DNA from: Enterobacteriaceae bacterium
Lineage (GTDB): Bacteria > Pseudomonadota > Gammaproteobacteria > Enterobacterales > Enterobacteriaceae
Assembly: GCA_035277345.1 (NCBI GenBank)
Contig: DATEKR010000320.1
Location: 39,304-103,303 of the forward strand
DNA: 64,000 bases
Reading direction: 5' to 3'
The translations under genes were made by a program, and so were the position numbers. The notes beneath the pieces were generated by a model. The model made no database searches. It saw nothing but the letters and a program-made list of their open reading frames with translations, and had not been told where the DNA came from. Shown here in pieces: positions 62,873 to 64,000 of this stretch (positions within the stretch are counted from its first letter, which is position 1; each line of letters opens with the position of its first letter).

Positions 62873-63982
62873 ATGTCCATCGCCTTAACGCCAGCAAAAA
62901 TTATTGCTTTAGCCTTATCGGCGGCTATCCCTGCAAGCTATGCAGCGGTCGCCCCGGAAAAACAAACGCTCGACCAGCTCTATCAAAATGCGCTCAAAGA
63001 AGGCGGCGAAGTTGTCGTCTATGCCGGAGGCGATACGCCAGGGCAGCAGGATGGTATCAAGCAGGCTTTTGAAAAACGCTTCCCCGGCGTGAAGCTGAAC
63101 GTGATCGTCGATTACAGCAAGTTCCACGACGCCCGTATTGATAATCAGCTCGCCACCAACAGCCTGGTTCCGGATGTGGTGCAATTACAGACGCTGCAGG
63201 ACTATCCGCGCTGGAAGCAGGAAGGCGTACTGATGAACTACAAACCGGCCGGCTGGGATAAAATCTGGCCCGCCTTCCGCGATAACGACGGCGCATGGAC
63301 CGGCGTGTTTGTGGATGCTTTCTCTAACGTCGTCAACACCCGCCAGCTCCCGGAAGCACAGTGGCCTCGCGAAGCCAAAGATTACCTGAACCCGGCGCTG
63401 AAGGATAAAATTGTGCTGACCTGGCCGAACGACGACGATGCCGTGCTGTTCTGGTTTAAGCAGGTGGTGGATCAGTATGGCTGGGACTACGTTGCTAAGC
63501 TGAAGGCGCAAAACCCGATGCTGGTACGCGGCACTCAGGCGCCTGCCGATGACGTTGAAAGCGGTAAGGCGCTGGCGACCTTCTCAACCGACGGTATGCT
63601 GAGCCCGGATGCGCAGGCCAACTCCCGCTTTATGCTGCCAGCCCACGACCCGTTTGTCTCCTGGGCACAGCGGGCCGCTATCTTCAAAAAAGCGAAACAC
63701 CCGGAAACCGCAAAACTGTATCTGAACTGGCTGCTGGATAAGAATACCCAGTCTAACGTCTGGTATATGTGGTCCGTGCGTACGGATGTGACGCCGCCGA
63801 AAGGCTACAAGCACATCTGGGAATATAAAAACACCCATCCCGAAGCCTTTGAGAAATTTATGAGCAACAGGGCTGAAGTTGAACGCTTCCGCGCCCAGAT
63901 GACGCTCTACTTCGGCGAAGTTACCGGTGAGCCTTCTCCAGGCTGGCCGGGCCTGCACCCGAGCACAGCGCTGGCGCATTAA
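62873..63982 (+). CDS. ABC transporter periplasmic substrate-binding protein (Fe3+/polyamine/thiamine-like class), ligand unknown
   Basis: Signal peptide; LYQNALKEGGEVVVY; AKHPETAKLYLNWLL. Confidence 0.75.
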   Translation: MSIALTPAKIIALALSAAIPASYAAVAPEKQTLDQLYQNALKEGGEVVVYAGGDTPGQQDGIKQAFEKRFPGVKLNVIVDYSKFHDARIDNQLATNSLVPDVVQLQTLQDYPRWKQEGVLMNYKPAGWDKIWPAFRDNDGAWTGVFVDAFSNVVNTRQLPEAQWPREAKDYLNPALKDKIVLTWPNDDDAVLFWFKQVVDQYGWDYVAKLKAQNPMLVRGTQAPADDVESGKALATFSTDGMLSPDAQANSRFMLPAHDPFVSWAQRAAIFKKAKHPETAKLYLNWLLDKNTQSNVWYMWSVRTDVTPPKGYKHIWEYKNTHPEAFEKFMSNRAEVERFRAQMTLYFGEVTGEPSPGWPGLHPSTALAH

Positions 63983-64000
63983 TCGTTAGCCTCAGAGGGC

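Overview
This is core chromosome of a GC-rich Enterobacteriaceae member (Enterobacter/Klebsiella-group-like), syntenic with the E. coli malQ-to-yhhT region. Core order: malP(3' end)-malQ, glpD, glgBXCAP, asd, yhgN, gntRKU, yhhW, yhhX, RyhB sRNA, yhhY, ggt, yhhA, ugpBAECQ, livKHMGF, panM, livJ, rpoH, ftsYEX, rsmD, yhhL, yhhN, zntA, tusA, yhhQ (preQ1 riboswitch), dcrB, yhhS, yhhT. Accessory content: (1) a membrane-anchored bactofilin with a sigma28-like promoter and a possible second start codon. (2) Between livF and ugpB, an orphan phospholipase D effector/SEL1-lipoprotein immunity pair (Tle5/Tli5-like), next to a decayed phd-doc locus whose toxin remnant forms a perfect hairpin. (3) A standalone GABA aminotransferase. 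(4) After yhhT: phenolic acid decarboxylase, an apparently frameshifted LysR, a NIT-domain chemoreceptor, a reversed-order beta-glucoside PTS cluster with two copies of a non-canonical RAT antiterminator cassette, and a solute-binding protein. malPQ also abuts glpD in the same orientation, which suggests a local rearrangement. I saw no tRNA, rRNA, IS or CRISPR. Homolog comparisons are from memory, not database searches.
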